Of a stretch of 64,000 nt of DNA, positions 1 through 17,659 are shown piece after piece. This stretch comes from Syncephalis fuscata S228 (Eukaryota > Fungi > Zoopagomycota): positions 248,001-312,000 of the forward strand of contig JAHLTZ010000003.1 in the NCBI GenBank assembly GCA_025786725.1, in the 5' to 3' direction. Positions within the stretch are counted from its first letter, which is position 1. The number at the start of each line of letters is the position of its first letter. The translations under genes were made by a program, and so were the position numbers. The notes beneath the pieces were generated by a model, which saw nothing but the letters and a program-made list of their open reading frames with translations, was not told the DNA's origin and did not search any database.

Positions 1-269
1 CACTACTTTACATAAAAGTCATCAGTATATAGCATGTCTATTAATAAAATAACAAATGTGGCACTTTTGTATTATTTCGCCATAGCTATTCTTTTAAATG
101 TCGCTCACCATATGGCATGGCTTTTACAGGCCAGCGTATGCTGCAATAGCTGTGACGTTTAAAGAAAGCATCGTACGCGTTATTTACTGTGTGATTTCAT
201 TGGTCAATGAAAACCAAAAAATACATTCTTTATTTTTTCTTAAATCTCTAACGTCCAATAACACTTACT

Positions 270-4187
<3,918 letters not shown>

Positions 4188-4467
4188 AATTTACTTTGCG
4201 TTTCCTACTTGTTTCCACCATTCCTTACTTCAACGCAATAAATCTTTTTACGCAATTGATCGTAATGATTCGATTAATTGATTTGTGTTTAAATTCTCAT
4301 TTACAATAAATATTAATACATGTAATGACATTATCATTTTTTATAAAATATAATTAAAGGTAACAGAAAATTGGATTAGTAGCTGCTATTCTAAACAGTT
4401 CAATACAACTTACATTCTGTAGCAATGATATCGATAATTATCTAGTTAATTGTTTTGAAGTTATTGA

Positions 4468-5150
4468 GCATATATGCATGAGTAGATAACTGACATTAAT
4501 CAACGTTTATTAATAATAAAGCTAGAACAAAAATAAAAGTAGTTTTGGATGCAGGAAGGCTATGCGAGTATATAATGATATATAAAATGATAAATGTACA
4601 GTAAGAAAGCATATAAAATGACGTTAGATTTATAGTGTATATAGTGAAATGAGCGGAGTATATTGCTGCATATAATAAATAGAACGTGTCTAGTGTATCA
4701 TAGAACGGTATAGAATAGTATGTAATATATTGAAAGTAATATAAATGAATAGAGTATATATGTATACTAAGTATATGCATATTGGATAATAAATCTACGA
4801 TGATAAGTATTTTGGACCCTGATGTGAATTACTCATAATTTTATTTTTAATAGAAGAGGTTTAATTTAAAAGTGTAAATATTATTAAATGTAGTCATTTG
4901 ATCACCAAACAAAACAATAAATGACTAGTAAATTGTTTAATGTTTGCAAAAGAAATATTATTTTTGTTTAATTAATAAATAATGTAATATATACAAACCA
5001 TAAATTGAATGACATTGTACATAAAAAGACTATGAACAAATTAAATACAAATGAGGGAATTGTTAAGTAGTAGAATAAAAGAAATAATAAAAATTAATAG
5101 TATAAAAGCAAATATAATTATAAAATATGTCATCAATAAAACAATGACAG
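4468..5150 (+). repeat. AT-rich dispersed repeat, copy 1 (inverted relative to 20872-21545)
   Basis: Long near-identical reverse-complement match, e.g. ttttggaccctgatgtgaattactcataatttt vs aaaattatgagtaattcacatcagggtccaaaa. Confidence 0.9.
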
Positions 5151-6646
5151 CAGTACCAAAAGAGTATTTTAAATAGATTACTATCTAAGATTATTGTTGC
5201 ATGACATCTCTAAGTTAGTATATGTAAAATATGGCGCATCAATACATTTAGAAAGGCAAAGTGATGTTTTACTAGTTATATAAATAAATAGAATGTATCT
5301 ATTTTAATAATTCTAAATTTATTACAATTGTGTGCACAAATTATTTGACTGAAGAAGCGATTTACAATTTATTATTTTATTTCCAAAAAAGTAGTGGGCT
5401 CAAAGTAAAATAACTTTTCATTATTAGATAAATGATGATTAAAGTTACTGTGAAACCGTATTTTCACACCATCCATGATAACATTGGATGAACTTAACTC
5501 CATTTTAAAAGTGCGTTGCTGTTGCCACTATCGGCCATTTGTGCCGTGCTACTCCGACGCGATAAGCATGGTATTATTTAGGGAAAATCGATATTTCCTA
5601 TCAGTAGTCGTGGACAAATGACCGCATAATGACGACATTTATTGGCTAAATCTATATAGAATTGTATCAACGCAGACTTCCCTTTTCTCCAACGGGCCGT
5701 GTAACCATGTGTGCATCAATCTAGTTCTATTTTGTTTTAACAAAAAAGGATTCAATGGATGGCGGTGGCGGCGGCAGGATCAAGTACCCGGCCAAAAAGT
5801 CAAGTGTTATCGTAGTACAGCGCGGAGTTGAATAGTCGTGCGACAAGGATGTGGGATAAAATCAAACTACTAACAACATCGTTTGTCTCGTGAACGAAAG
5901 TAAGCCGAGGAAGGAAGACAATGATGAAATAATGAAAGAAAGGAAGGAAGAAAGGAAGGAGTAGTATATCAGAATACCGCTTTAAACAACGCGAACAACA
6001 TTAGAAAAAGCTATAAATCGCACAATAAACATCATAGTTAGTACTACTGATTAACCAACTTTTAACTGTTTCTTGAAAGCAATATTCAATTGCTTCCTCT
6101 TTCCTGCTTAACCGATTCAACGTGCCATTCCAAAGTGTCTATCTTATGAATTAACACTTGAGATTATTACGATTATTCTTGATACTTTGATCACTTTATT
6201 CATTGCAGTGTGTGTTGATTCGCGCATACTTGATTACCAATTTGTGTGTTGCTACCGTAATGATTGCTGAGATCAATTAGTAAGTACGCGATAAAACTTG
6301 TAGTAATATGTTTTGGACCAATATAGTTACGAGCTATGCCATGACGGTGATGATTGCTGCTTAATGATGGATTAATTACCGTAATTGTCGAGTAATGTGT
6401 TATTTCTTTAAATCATATTTCTATAATATTAGTTGCTTTTATGTATTTTATCAATAGAGAAGTTGCACAACTATGCGTTACTAGCCGATTTAGAATATGT
6501 ATATTATCGATCGATCGCTCTGAAGTGTTACACAATAGACTATTTTCGCATGTATAACTACATTAGTTACGCTTGTACATGATTATATAGCGTTTTACTT
6601 ACAACTGCTTTCACTTTTCTCTCTCGTTATTTCTTTAGAATTTAAG

Positions 6647-9600
6647 ATGTTTGCTCTCCCTAAGCTTGTCATGGTAGTCAGCCAACGATGGCCGTACTTG
6701 CTATCAACGTTACTCTGCCTTAACCTGGCCATACTATTATCACCAACAAGTGCCATACCCGTGTTTAATAGCAGTAAGTAATTATCGAACAGACTAGTTT
6801 GTCTTGCATGGTAGCGTATCAATTGCAAAGTACTGACCAATTAAAATTAACTAGTCAATTCGGTTGATACTTCTGGCAATGTCTGTCCTCGTATGCCCGC
6901 TCGAAATCAAGCCTGTCCATTACTTTGTGTACGAGATCCGCTACGTGACTGTCCCGAACTCGTAAGACCTGCTTGCCCAAAAGGGAAACGGTTTTGCGGC
7001 GATGGTACATGTCAGTCATCTTGCCGTGGTATTGTTAATGCTTGTACTTGTGGTGGATCAGCAACATCCTCTGGTGGATTATCTAACGAGTACTACTTGC
7101 CATGCATGGCAAATCAATTGACAAATATACCACTCCTTGACCGAGAAAAGCGTAAAGAGCAAATCATATCTTCGTGTGCTAGTGATTTACAGCTTGATCT
7201 TGGCAATATTGGTAACGCTACTGGTGATCCACTGGCCGACAATGCTCCACAGCATGCCTGGCTTCAATGTCCGTTGCGTGACCCGCCTAAATTCTCCTTT
7301 ACCGAAGCAACATTCATAGCCATCTATGTCTATCTTGGTGTTCTAGTTGCATTGCTTAGCTGCTGGCAGCTATACAAACGATTCTACGAATCAAAGACTA
7401 TGGCTCATGAAATCTCAAATGTATTACCGTCCAAGTATAATACCAATTTATCCAATGATACAAAAACAAGATCTCGAACTTCTTCTTCGGTTCAGGAAAA
7501 AGCACACCGTCCAAGCGATATTTCTTTTGAATCATCGGCGCTGACTTCGAATGAAGGCAGTGTAGTCAGTAACGACGACTCTGATTGCAAGTTTCATGGC
7601 TATTATACCAGTTTCATTGGTTTACTGGCCTACTCGGTCCTCCATCTTACAACTCTTATCTTTTTTGTTATACTTGCTGTCATTGTGGCTGATTACTACG
7701 GTGCAGTTACCGGTGTAGACTTTGGTGTACTTCTTACGTCAGATATAAGTTCTGTTACGTTTATTGCTATTTGGCATGTTTTGGCTGTTTGGCTAGTCAC
7801 ACTCAATTTCCTACATCCACGACTTCGTAATTATTTCCGACTACGTACTATTCTATCACGTGCGCAATTTGTTCAAGTTGCCAAAACACAACCAACCATG
7901 ATTATGCTTACTGATGATCACGAAACACGTGATTTAAGCTTTATTGATCGTGTTATGAAGTTTGTTTCCAAATTAGAACAGTGGTTTGTCAAATTAGTGG
8001 GGTAAGTGTACAACGTTACTATTAATTAATATAATTAATGTACTAATAATTGTTTTGTAGTGCAAATGTGATCATTCAAAGCGTTCCGGTGCAAGTAACT
8101 ACCAATGGTAGACGATACTTTGAGTTCCAATGCACTCGTTATGTACAAGACTCAGTGACAGGAAAATTTGCTCCCTATACGCATAACCTTGGTAGAACCT
8201 ATGGTGAATTGCGATCGCATGCCAGTGGTTTAGCAGCAAATGCGGCAACACAGCTTCGTGACTTGCTTGGCCCAAACTTTATTCGCGTTGATGTGCCATC
8301 ATTTATCGCTGCACTGTTTCAAGAGTTTCGTGCTTTCTTCTACATCTACCAAGTTATGTGTTTATGGGTCTGGTACTACTTTGCTTATGCCAATATGGCC
8401 GCTGTTCAAACAGTAGTTATTTTTGTTTCGGCCTTGGTTAAAGTAGTAATTCGACTTCATTCGGAACGCAAAGTAAAGCGATTGGCCGAACATCGCGATG
8501 TTTGCCGTGTATTCCGCGAAGGCGAATGGCGTACCAATCTTTCTACAACTGAGTTGGTTCCTGGGGATGTTATTGAGATTGTGTCAAATACCAAAAAGTC
8601 GATGCCTTGTGACGCCGTCATTCTTAGCGGAGAGGTGATTGTTGATGAAAGTTCACTTACCGGCGAATCGATGCCCATACGTAAATTTGCCATGCGCCCA
8701 GAGGAATCCAATGTCGCATTCCAGCCTCATGGCTCATCCAAATCGGTTATGTTATTCTCTGGCACCACTGTATTACAAACGACAAAATCTAGTTCTGCCG
8801 AAAAAGATAATTTTAGCGGTGTTACAGCACTGGTTGTTGCAACCAATACTGCCACCGATAAAGGAAAGCTTGTACGCAAAATTCTATTTCCTGCTCCAGT
8901 CTCGTTTGTTTTTAATGAGCATCTGCGCGTCGTTATTTGTATTCTGCTACTTTGGGGATTTATCTGCTTCTGCTTAACCATGTGGCTTATGGGCCGTGGT
9001 GATGCTGGCAGCTGGTTCTATGGCATATTTGCCATCTCTTACGTAATGAGTCCACTCTTACCGGCCACACTCGTGGTGGGACAGTCAGTGGCTGCAGCTA
9101 GATTGCGACGTAAGCAGATATTCTGTATCGACTTGCCTCGTGTAATGATTGCCGGCAAAGTGCGCGTCTTTTGCTTTGACAAAACTGGTACATTAACCAA
9201 GGAAGGCCTTGATTATTATGGCGTTCAATCAGTTGCAACATCGACTAGTTTTGGTAATGAGTCTTCAGTTTTTACCAATGATTGCCAACCATCAGTTGAA
9301 CATCTACCGCGTTTGGTGCAAATTGCCTTGGCTTCTTGCCATGCAGTATCCGCAGTAGATGGACGTCTTATTGGCAATCCAGTCGATATTGAACAGTTCC
9401 GCGCTACTGGTTGGCAGCTGCAAAAGGAAGCGCAGCCTGGCTTTTTAGACACGCTTATACCGTCCATCACATCTGCAGCCTCCGTTGGTATACCAGTTCA
9501 TGTCGTAAAACGGTTTGAATTTGTTCATGCACGCGCTTCAATGTCTGTCGTCGTGCAAGATCCATCTGATGGCCACTTACATATATTTATGAAAGGATCA

Positions 9601-11213
9601 TTTGAACGAGTTAAGGACGCATGCAATGCCAATTCACTGCCTCTTGACTATGACGAGAAAGCTGCCAAATATGCTGCAGAAGGCTGCTACGTACTCGCCC
9701 TTGGACATTGCGACCTTGGTCCAATTGCACCAGATGCTGTCACTGAAATGACCCGTGACGATCTAGAGCGTAATTGTAACTTTATTGGATTGTTATTATT
9801 TAAGAATCAACTCAAACATGATACAACGACAGCCATTACCGAATTGAAAGAAGGCGATACTCGTACCGTTATGATTACCGGTGATAATGCACTTACGGGT
9901 GTCTATATTGCTCGTCAATGTGGCATGCTACCACATGGTGTACGTGTTCTACTGGCCGATGAGCCAAAGAAAGATTTAAAGAGCAATCTTGAGCTATCTT
10001 CAAACCCGTCTTCTCGTCTTTATTGGAAAGATATTGTCACAGGTGAATTCATAGATGATGTCGAGGCTGCACTTGCCGACCAGGCTGCTCCGCCAACCGA
10101 ACTGGCTGTTACGGGCAAAGCCTTTGCAATACTGCAGCAAACCGGCCAGATACGTCGTTTATTATTACACACCCGCGTGTTTGCCCGAATGACTCCGGAG
10201 GATAAGGTGCAATGTGTGCAGCTACATATGGAACGAGCTATTACGGCCATGTGTGGTGATGGTGGCAATGACTGTGGTGCATTGCGAGTTGCCCATTGTG
10301 GCATTGCGCTCAGCAATGCTGAAGCATCCATTGTTTCGCCATTCAGCACAGGTAATCCGTCAATTGATAGTTGTGTTGAGTTATTACGACAGGGTCGTGC
10401 CGCTCTTGCCACTTCATTTACCGGCTACAAGTTCCTGGTTACTTATGGTGAAGTGATGGCCTTCCGAGGTATTATGCAATCCTATTTCTCAGTAGTTATG
10501 TCGCAATGGATTTACGTATTGATTGATAGTATCATTACCGTTGGTCTTTCTTTCGCGCTTACTCAGGCACAGCCAGCCCGTCGATTGGCTGCACTTCGAC
10601 CAACAGCTCGTCTATTCGGTGCACAAACGCTTTCATCGGTGGTAGGCCAAGTAGCCATTAATATTGCCTTTCTATTTGGCGCCTTTGGTCTACTTTATCG
10701 CCAGTCTTGGTTCCGCTGTCACGAATTCGACAGTAGATCGGTCGATAATAGAAAATGGTGGCTATTAGGTGACAATTACGAGGCGCAAAACATTGCCTGT
10801 ATCACATTGTTCCAATTCCTTGCCGCGGCCTTTGCCTATAACTTTGGTCATCGTTTCCGTCGTACATGGTGGCGCAACTGGGTATTTGTCGTATTTTGGA
10901 CGGCCGTTTACTGCTTCTATCGGCCATTATCCTTGCTGATCCAAATCGTGTCGGCTGTCTATTCCGTATGAACTGCGGTGATCCTGATGTGCTAGAAGGT
11001 CTTGGCTATTTGCGACCCACTTGGAGTATAGAAACTTACAATAGTCCGCTTGGTCATAATGTCATGCCAACGCGATTCCGCTGGACCATCTGGGGAATGG
11101 CTCAAGCCAATCTTATCTGTATTGTTATTTACGAATCATTTGGTATTTTAGGTCCTATCCGTCGCTTTGTTATGCGTAAGCATCCATCTCAACGCCTTGA
11201 AATGAAACGATAA
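6647..11213 (+). CDS. P5-type ATPase with N-terminal signal peptide and Cys-rich ectodomain
   Basis: Exon 1 6647-6773 (MFALPKL...LSPTSA-IPVF) and intron 6774-6854 splice in frame to the 6893 ORF; second intron about 8003-8060. Motifs: LVPGD, DESSLTGES, DKTGTLT, KGSFE, MITGDN, VFARMTPEDK, MCGDGGND, EASIVSPF. One indel near 10915 joins the C-terminal ORF 10866-11213. Confidence 0.9.
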
Positions 11214-12164
11214 GGGCTGACTTTTACTTTGTACCTTCTATTTTGAGTTTCCAAAGTAAAATTCGTCCAATTGAAGCCATGCTATTGTTATAAGCAATAT
11301 AATTATATTGCTTCTTATTAAAATGCTATTAATAAATTGTTTTAAATGAAGAATGTAACACACTATTTGATTTATTGGAACATTCAAGGTCGAGCATTGT
11401 TATTGTTAGTTATGTGTAGAAAGATTGATTGAATATTAACATATTACAATGAGTTACATTCACTACAATTACAATCATGCTAGTTATTTTAGCAATGATA
11501 TCAATAATTATCTAGTTAATTGTTATATTTGATTGTGCTAGTGCCGTTGCGCTAATATATACATACTATGTACCATTTCATTTTAACCTTTAATTTTAAT
11601 ACTATTTGATCTATTGAACATATAATCGATGGTGAGTGGCATTAAATATCAAATTATAATAATTTAAGTATTTTACAATAACAACAATATAGATTATTAT
11701 TTATTCATTGCTATCATTTATCTATTTATCATATTTTATTGTAAGTAACATGAGATACTATTTAACATTTATTAACACTAATATTGGATATTGAAATAGT
11801 GTGGACTGATTCAGCTTCACTTGAATTAATCGGATATAGCGCCGCTTCAACAAATAGCAATTCTCAGTATCAAAAAGTAATTGGCGGCTTAATATTCGAG
11901 TTATAGATCTTTTTGTCCCCAGTTTAAGAATAGGGGTTCAAAGTTCAATAGCTCCACGATAAGTAGTAAAATATCTATAGAATAAAATATATATTCTACA
12001 TACATAGCAGCAGTATTGTATCTAACAGTGTAAAATCAATAATTCTTATATTATTATTACATTATTTAAATCAATTTGCCTAATTAAGCTAGTATTTGCA
12101 AACAAACATAATGTATGTAGTGAAATAAATCTGTGTAAAAGCGATAGATGAATGATGGATAAAT

Positions 12165-12300
12165 GCGTACTAGATAATCAATCTATGATGATGAGCATCT
12201 TGGACTCCGATGTGACTCACCGCCTGATTCTATATTTAATAATTAAATATGTAGTTTAATTGTGTGAATATGATTAATGTTGTCATTTGACTACCAAATC
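12165..12300 (+). repeat. Diverged partial third copy of the AT-rich repeat
   Basis: tagataatcaatctatgatgatgagcatcttggactccgatgtga...tgtcatttgactaccaaa aligns with 4780-4910. Confidence 0.6.
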
Positions 12301-13531
12301 ACACTATAATTCAATGATGTGTGTAATTGTTACCATTTTTCACCCCATACTCCATGTCCAATCAAAAGAATGTTTAGTTCAGTTACGTAAATGATATTCA
12401 ATGTAGTCGTTTAACTCTCAGGTTACATTAAGCTATTAGTAGAAAATAATAAATGTGTATTCAATTAAACAGTTATTTGTTAATAATTTGGTAATTAAAT
12501 GATGTCTACTATACTATATTCAACAGTATAAATAACAACAGTTTAAAAAAGGCGGAGTCTATAGTTGCCAGTAAAAAGGCAGCACTTCGGCATAAAACAG
12601 TCCTGTGCTACACATTTGGTCACTACCCCGACAATCGTAGAGCCGTGCTCTACAAATAAAGAAATTCCTCGGTCTTTTCACGTGCATAGTGTTTTATTGA
12701 TGCAGTGCTTGAATCACTTAACTGTGCCAATTTCGGCCCCCATTAAGCTAAGCGGTGATACTTGGAACTTTGTTACGCGTATGGTTAATAACTGAGAGAA
12801 TAGTACACGTGCCTATTCTATAACAACAGCATAACATCAATCCCATTTGCCAACAAGCTGACTCATTCCTTTTACTATTTCGACTTTTCTTGCACCCGTC
12901 CTTCTTTATCTTACTCAATTGTCTGCAGTAACGTGAACTCCTCGGTACCATCTTTTTATTATCACACACACACACTTTATCAACCGCAATACGAAACATT
13001 AAACGTTGCTTATAATAACGATTTTTGACTTGCTTGGCCACTTTACTTTGCTGCGCAAAAAATCACTTTGTTTGTCGCCCTTTGTTGCTGTAATTCTGCT
13101 TCCTTTGAAATTGTTATTGCTAGCAGCTTCTGAACAGTGTCGAATCAGCCGAGCTGCAGCGGCTGTTTGCACGCCTGCGTGCTGACTTTGAACTTAAAAC
13201 GCCCGCGTGCCGCCGTCTGGCATTTTTCCCAAGTTATTTCTTCTATTTGTCTATCAATCCATAGCTGCGCAACGCATCATTGACCTTCTTGTATATCAAT
13301 CCGTGTGTGCACGTGTCTATAGTTTGCAGCGTTTATTACTTGATTTCTTAACATTCAGTTTTTATTACTACGCTTATTGCATTGCAAATGCTCGCTTTCC
13401 CGTGAGCTCTTTGGCATAATATCTTTTCACTACGCCTAGGACTGCTCTTTTTTTCGAACCATTACATATTATGGTTTCTCTATTTAGCACAAAGATTTGA
13501 GCTGACGCTAACAGCTCGCGACAACATTCTC

Positions 13532-15547
<2,016 letters not shown>

Positions 15548-16074
15548 TAATTTGTCAATAGGATATTATTTCTTTCCTCTATCCATTCTGCATTAACATC
15601 AAGTACCTGTGAATCATTCCATTGCATAGTTATTAATATCACTAAATATTTCATTATTATTTAATTGTAATTTATAAACAACGATAATTTAAGTGTCTTA
15701 ATTCAAAATTAGATAAGTTAGATAATAAGAATAATAATCATAACAATAATAATCATAAAATACTAAATAATTATCAATATTGTGTCCGTTATCTTATCAT
15801 TTAAAATATAAAAATAAATCAACTAGATTTTAATGATTTATTTAATTATACATATGGGATACATTTATCTTTGTATAAAGTTGTTGTTGTTGTCTTCAAT
15901 ATGTGGATTGCAAAAAGTTATTACAAATAATCGATATTAATAGATGCCACGACAATAAGACTTTAAAATTACTTATTCATCAACAGTAGTCTTGGCCATT
16001 TACAGTGTATTTGCTTTAAATACTGATCGAATAAATGACACATTATTCTATACAAACTTTGATATTTGTTGAAT

Positions 16075-17538
16075 ATGAGTTCTTTAAAAAATCAATATTT
16101 CTCTTGGTTTCCGTTTAAACGAACATCTCGTGAAATAAAAGATGAAAATACTGCTAAAACTATCTTGCGGCCGCCCAGTGACTTGTTATTACATGAGCCT
16201 ATCCAACTTACTGTATTCGATATGTTAGTGCCGCCCATTTATATACTTCATCTTCATTTCTTTCGTAATCCTAGTACGATTGCAACATTTATGCCAACAA
16301 ACAAATTAATAGCTAGTTTTCACCAAACATTAAATCAGTTTCCCGTATTATACGGAAAGTTGGATCATACCAATGATGGACCAACTCAAATAATACCGAC
16401 GGATCGGGGTATTACAATAACTGTTGAGCAGGCCACTGTTGAATTTGATGATATGGAGCCAGATTGGAGTATTTCTAAAATACCAAAAACATTTCTAGCA
16501 ACCGATTCACTACCACAAGCCGGTGATGCACCATTAATTGCTGCGCGCATTACACGATTGCCTAACAACGAGGGTGTTGCCATTAGTGTGGCAATTCATC
16601 ATTGCATCACTGATGACCATGGTCTTTTGCTATTTCTTAACACTTGGGCTGCCTACACACGTGGTGAACCAATCCAATCGTCACATTATAGTAATATCGA
16701 CTTGTTACGTTTACAAGGCCCTAACATATTAAATGATGGCGTGTATCGCTTGCTAAAAAAGAAATATACTGATGAACATAAGGATTTAATATTGTCTAGT
16801 ACAAAGTCAGCTTCAATAAAAACTGGCCTGTTTCGTATTTCAAGTGAACAGCTTCTTTGCTTGAAAAGGGATGCAGTTGATACACATGCAGCCTCAAACT
16901 TTATTCAAACAACAGCCGAGTCATGGGTATCGCCGAACGATGCGCTAATAGCACTTATCTGGAGGGCAATTATTCGAGCAAAACAACATTCTGCTAATAA
17001 ACAATCGAATCTTTATTTGTTTATAGATTCTCGACCACGATGGAATCCTCCATTGCCTAAGGAATTTTTCGGCAATGCTATTTATTGTTTAGAACTAAGT
17101 CTATTAACCGGCAATCTACTTCAAAAGCCAATCGGCGAAATAGCACGTCAAATCCACGAGGAGTCAGCAAAACTAAACGGTGACTATCTACAATCGACTC
17201 TAACTTCAAAACCAACACTTATATCACAGGCAAAAGAAGTGCAACATGCATTAATAACCGATACTGAAGTTGATGTTGGCATTACTAATCTAAGTTCTTT
17301 TCCTATCTATTCAGTCAACTTTGGCTATGGCACTCCTGTTTGTTGCCGTGTCTTTTCAAACCTACACAAAAACCGAGTTGTTATAATACCGGCACCTAAT
17401 TCATTTGAAGGTATAGAGGTGTTAATTGCACTGAATACCGATCATATTGATCGATTGTCAAAAGACGAAAGTTTGGCCATCATGCCAAGTATATTAATTA
17501 AAATCTTTAATAGTATAGTATGTTGTAAATCACAATAA
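16075..17538 (+). CDS. BAHD/transferase-family CoA-dependent acyltransferase (intronless)
   Basis: LTVFD N-terminal motif, TLNQFPVLYGKL, catalytic HxxxD (HHCITD), SPNDALIALIWRAI, DSRPR-PPLP-FFGNA, DFGWG-like NFGYG. Confidence 0.9.
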   Translation: MSSLKNQYFSWFPFKRTSREIKDENTAKTILRPPSDLLLHEPIQLTVFDMLVPPIYILHLHFFRNPSTIATFMPTNKLIASFHQTLNQFPVLYGKLDHTNDGPTQIIPTDRGITITVEQATVEFDDMEPDWSISKIPKTFLATDSLPQAGDAPLIAARITRLPNNEGVAISVAIHHCITDDHGLLLFLNTWAAYTRGEPIQSSHYSNIDLLRLQGPNILNDGVYRLLKKKYTDEHKDLILSSTKSASIKTGLFRISSEQLLCLKRDAVDTHAASNFIQTTAESWVSPNDALIALIWRAIIRAKQHSANKQSNLYLFIDSRPRWNPPLPKEFFGNAIYCLELSLLTGNLLQKPIGEIARQIHEESAKLNGDYLQSTLTSKPTLISQAKEVQHALITDTEVDVGITNLSSFPIYSVNFGYGTPVCCRVFSNLHKNRVVIIPAPNSFEGIEVLIALNTDHIDRLSKDESLAIMPSILIKIFNSIVCCKSQ

Positions 17539-17659
17539 ATCTTCATTAAACGATCATTGATACGGGGATATTGATGCTAATTGCTAAAAAATAAAAGTAA
17601 ATATAAAATAAATGGCCATTAAGAAGTAATAATTGGTATAATAATAGTGCTCATTAAAC

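Noticed and set aside
4496-4780. Hydrophobic ORFs 4496-4780, 20435-20641 and 20839-21024
   Set aside because: They lie in AT-rich repeat or intergenic DNA with I/Y/F/L-biased composition, and the frame is not conserved between repeat copies.
11845-11905. gcgccgcttcaa...ttggcggc stem resembling an intron-containing tRNA, including a UCA-anticodon (Sec) reading
   Set aside because: No acceptor stem or convincing T-arm can be formed.
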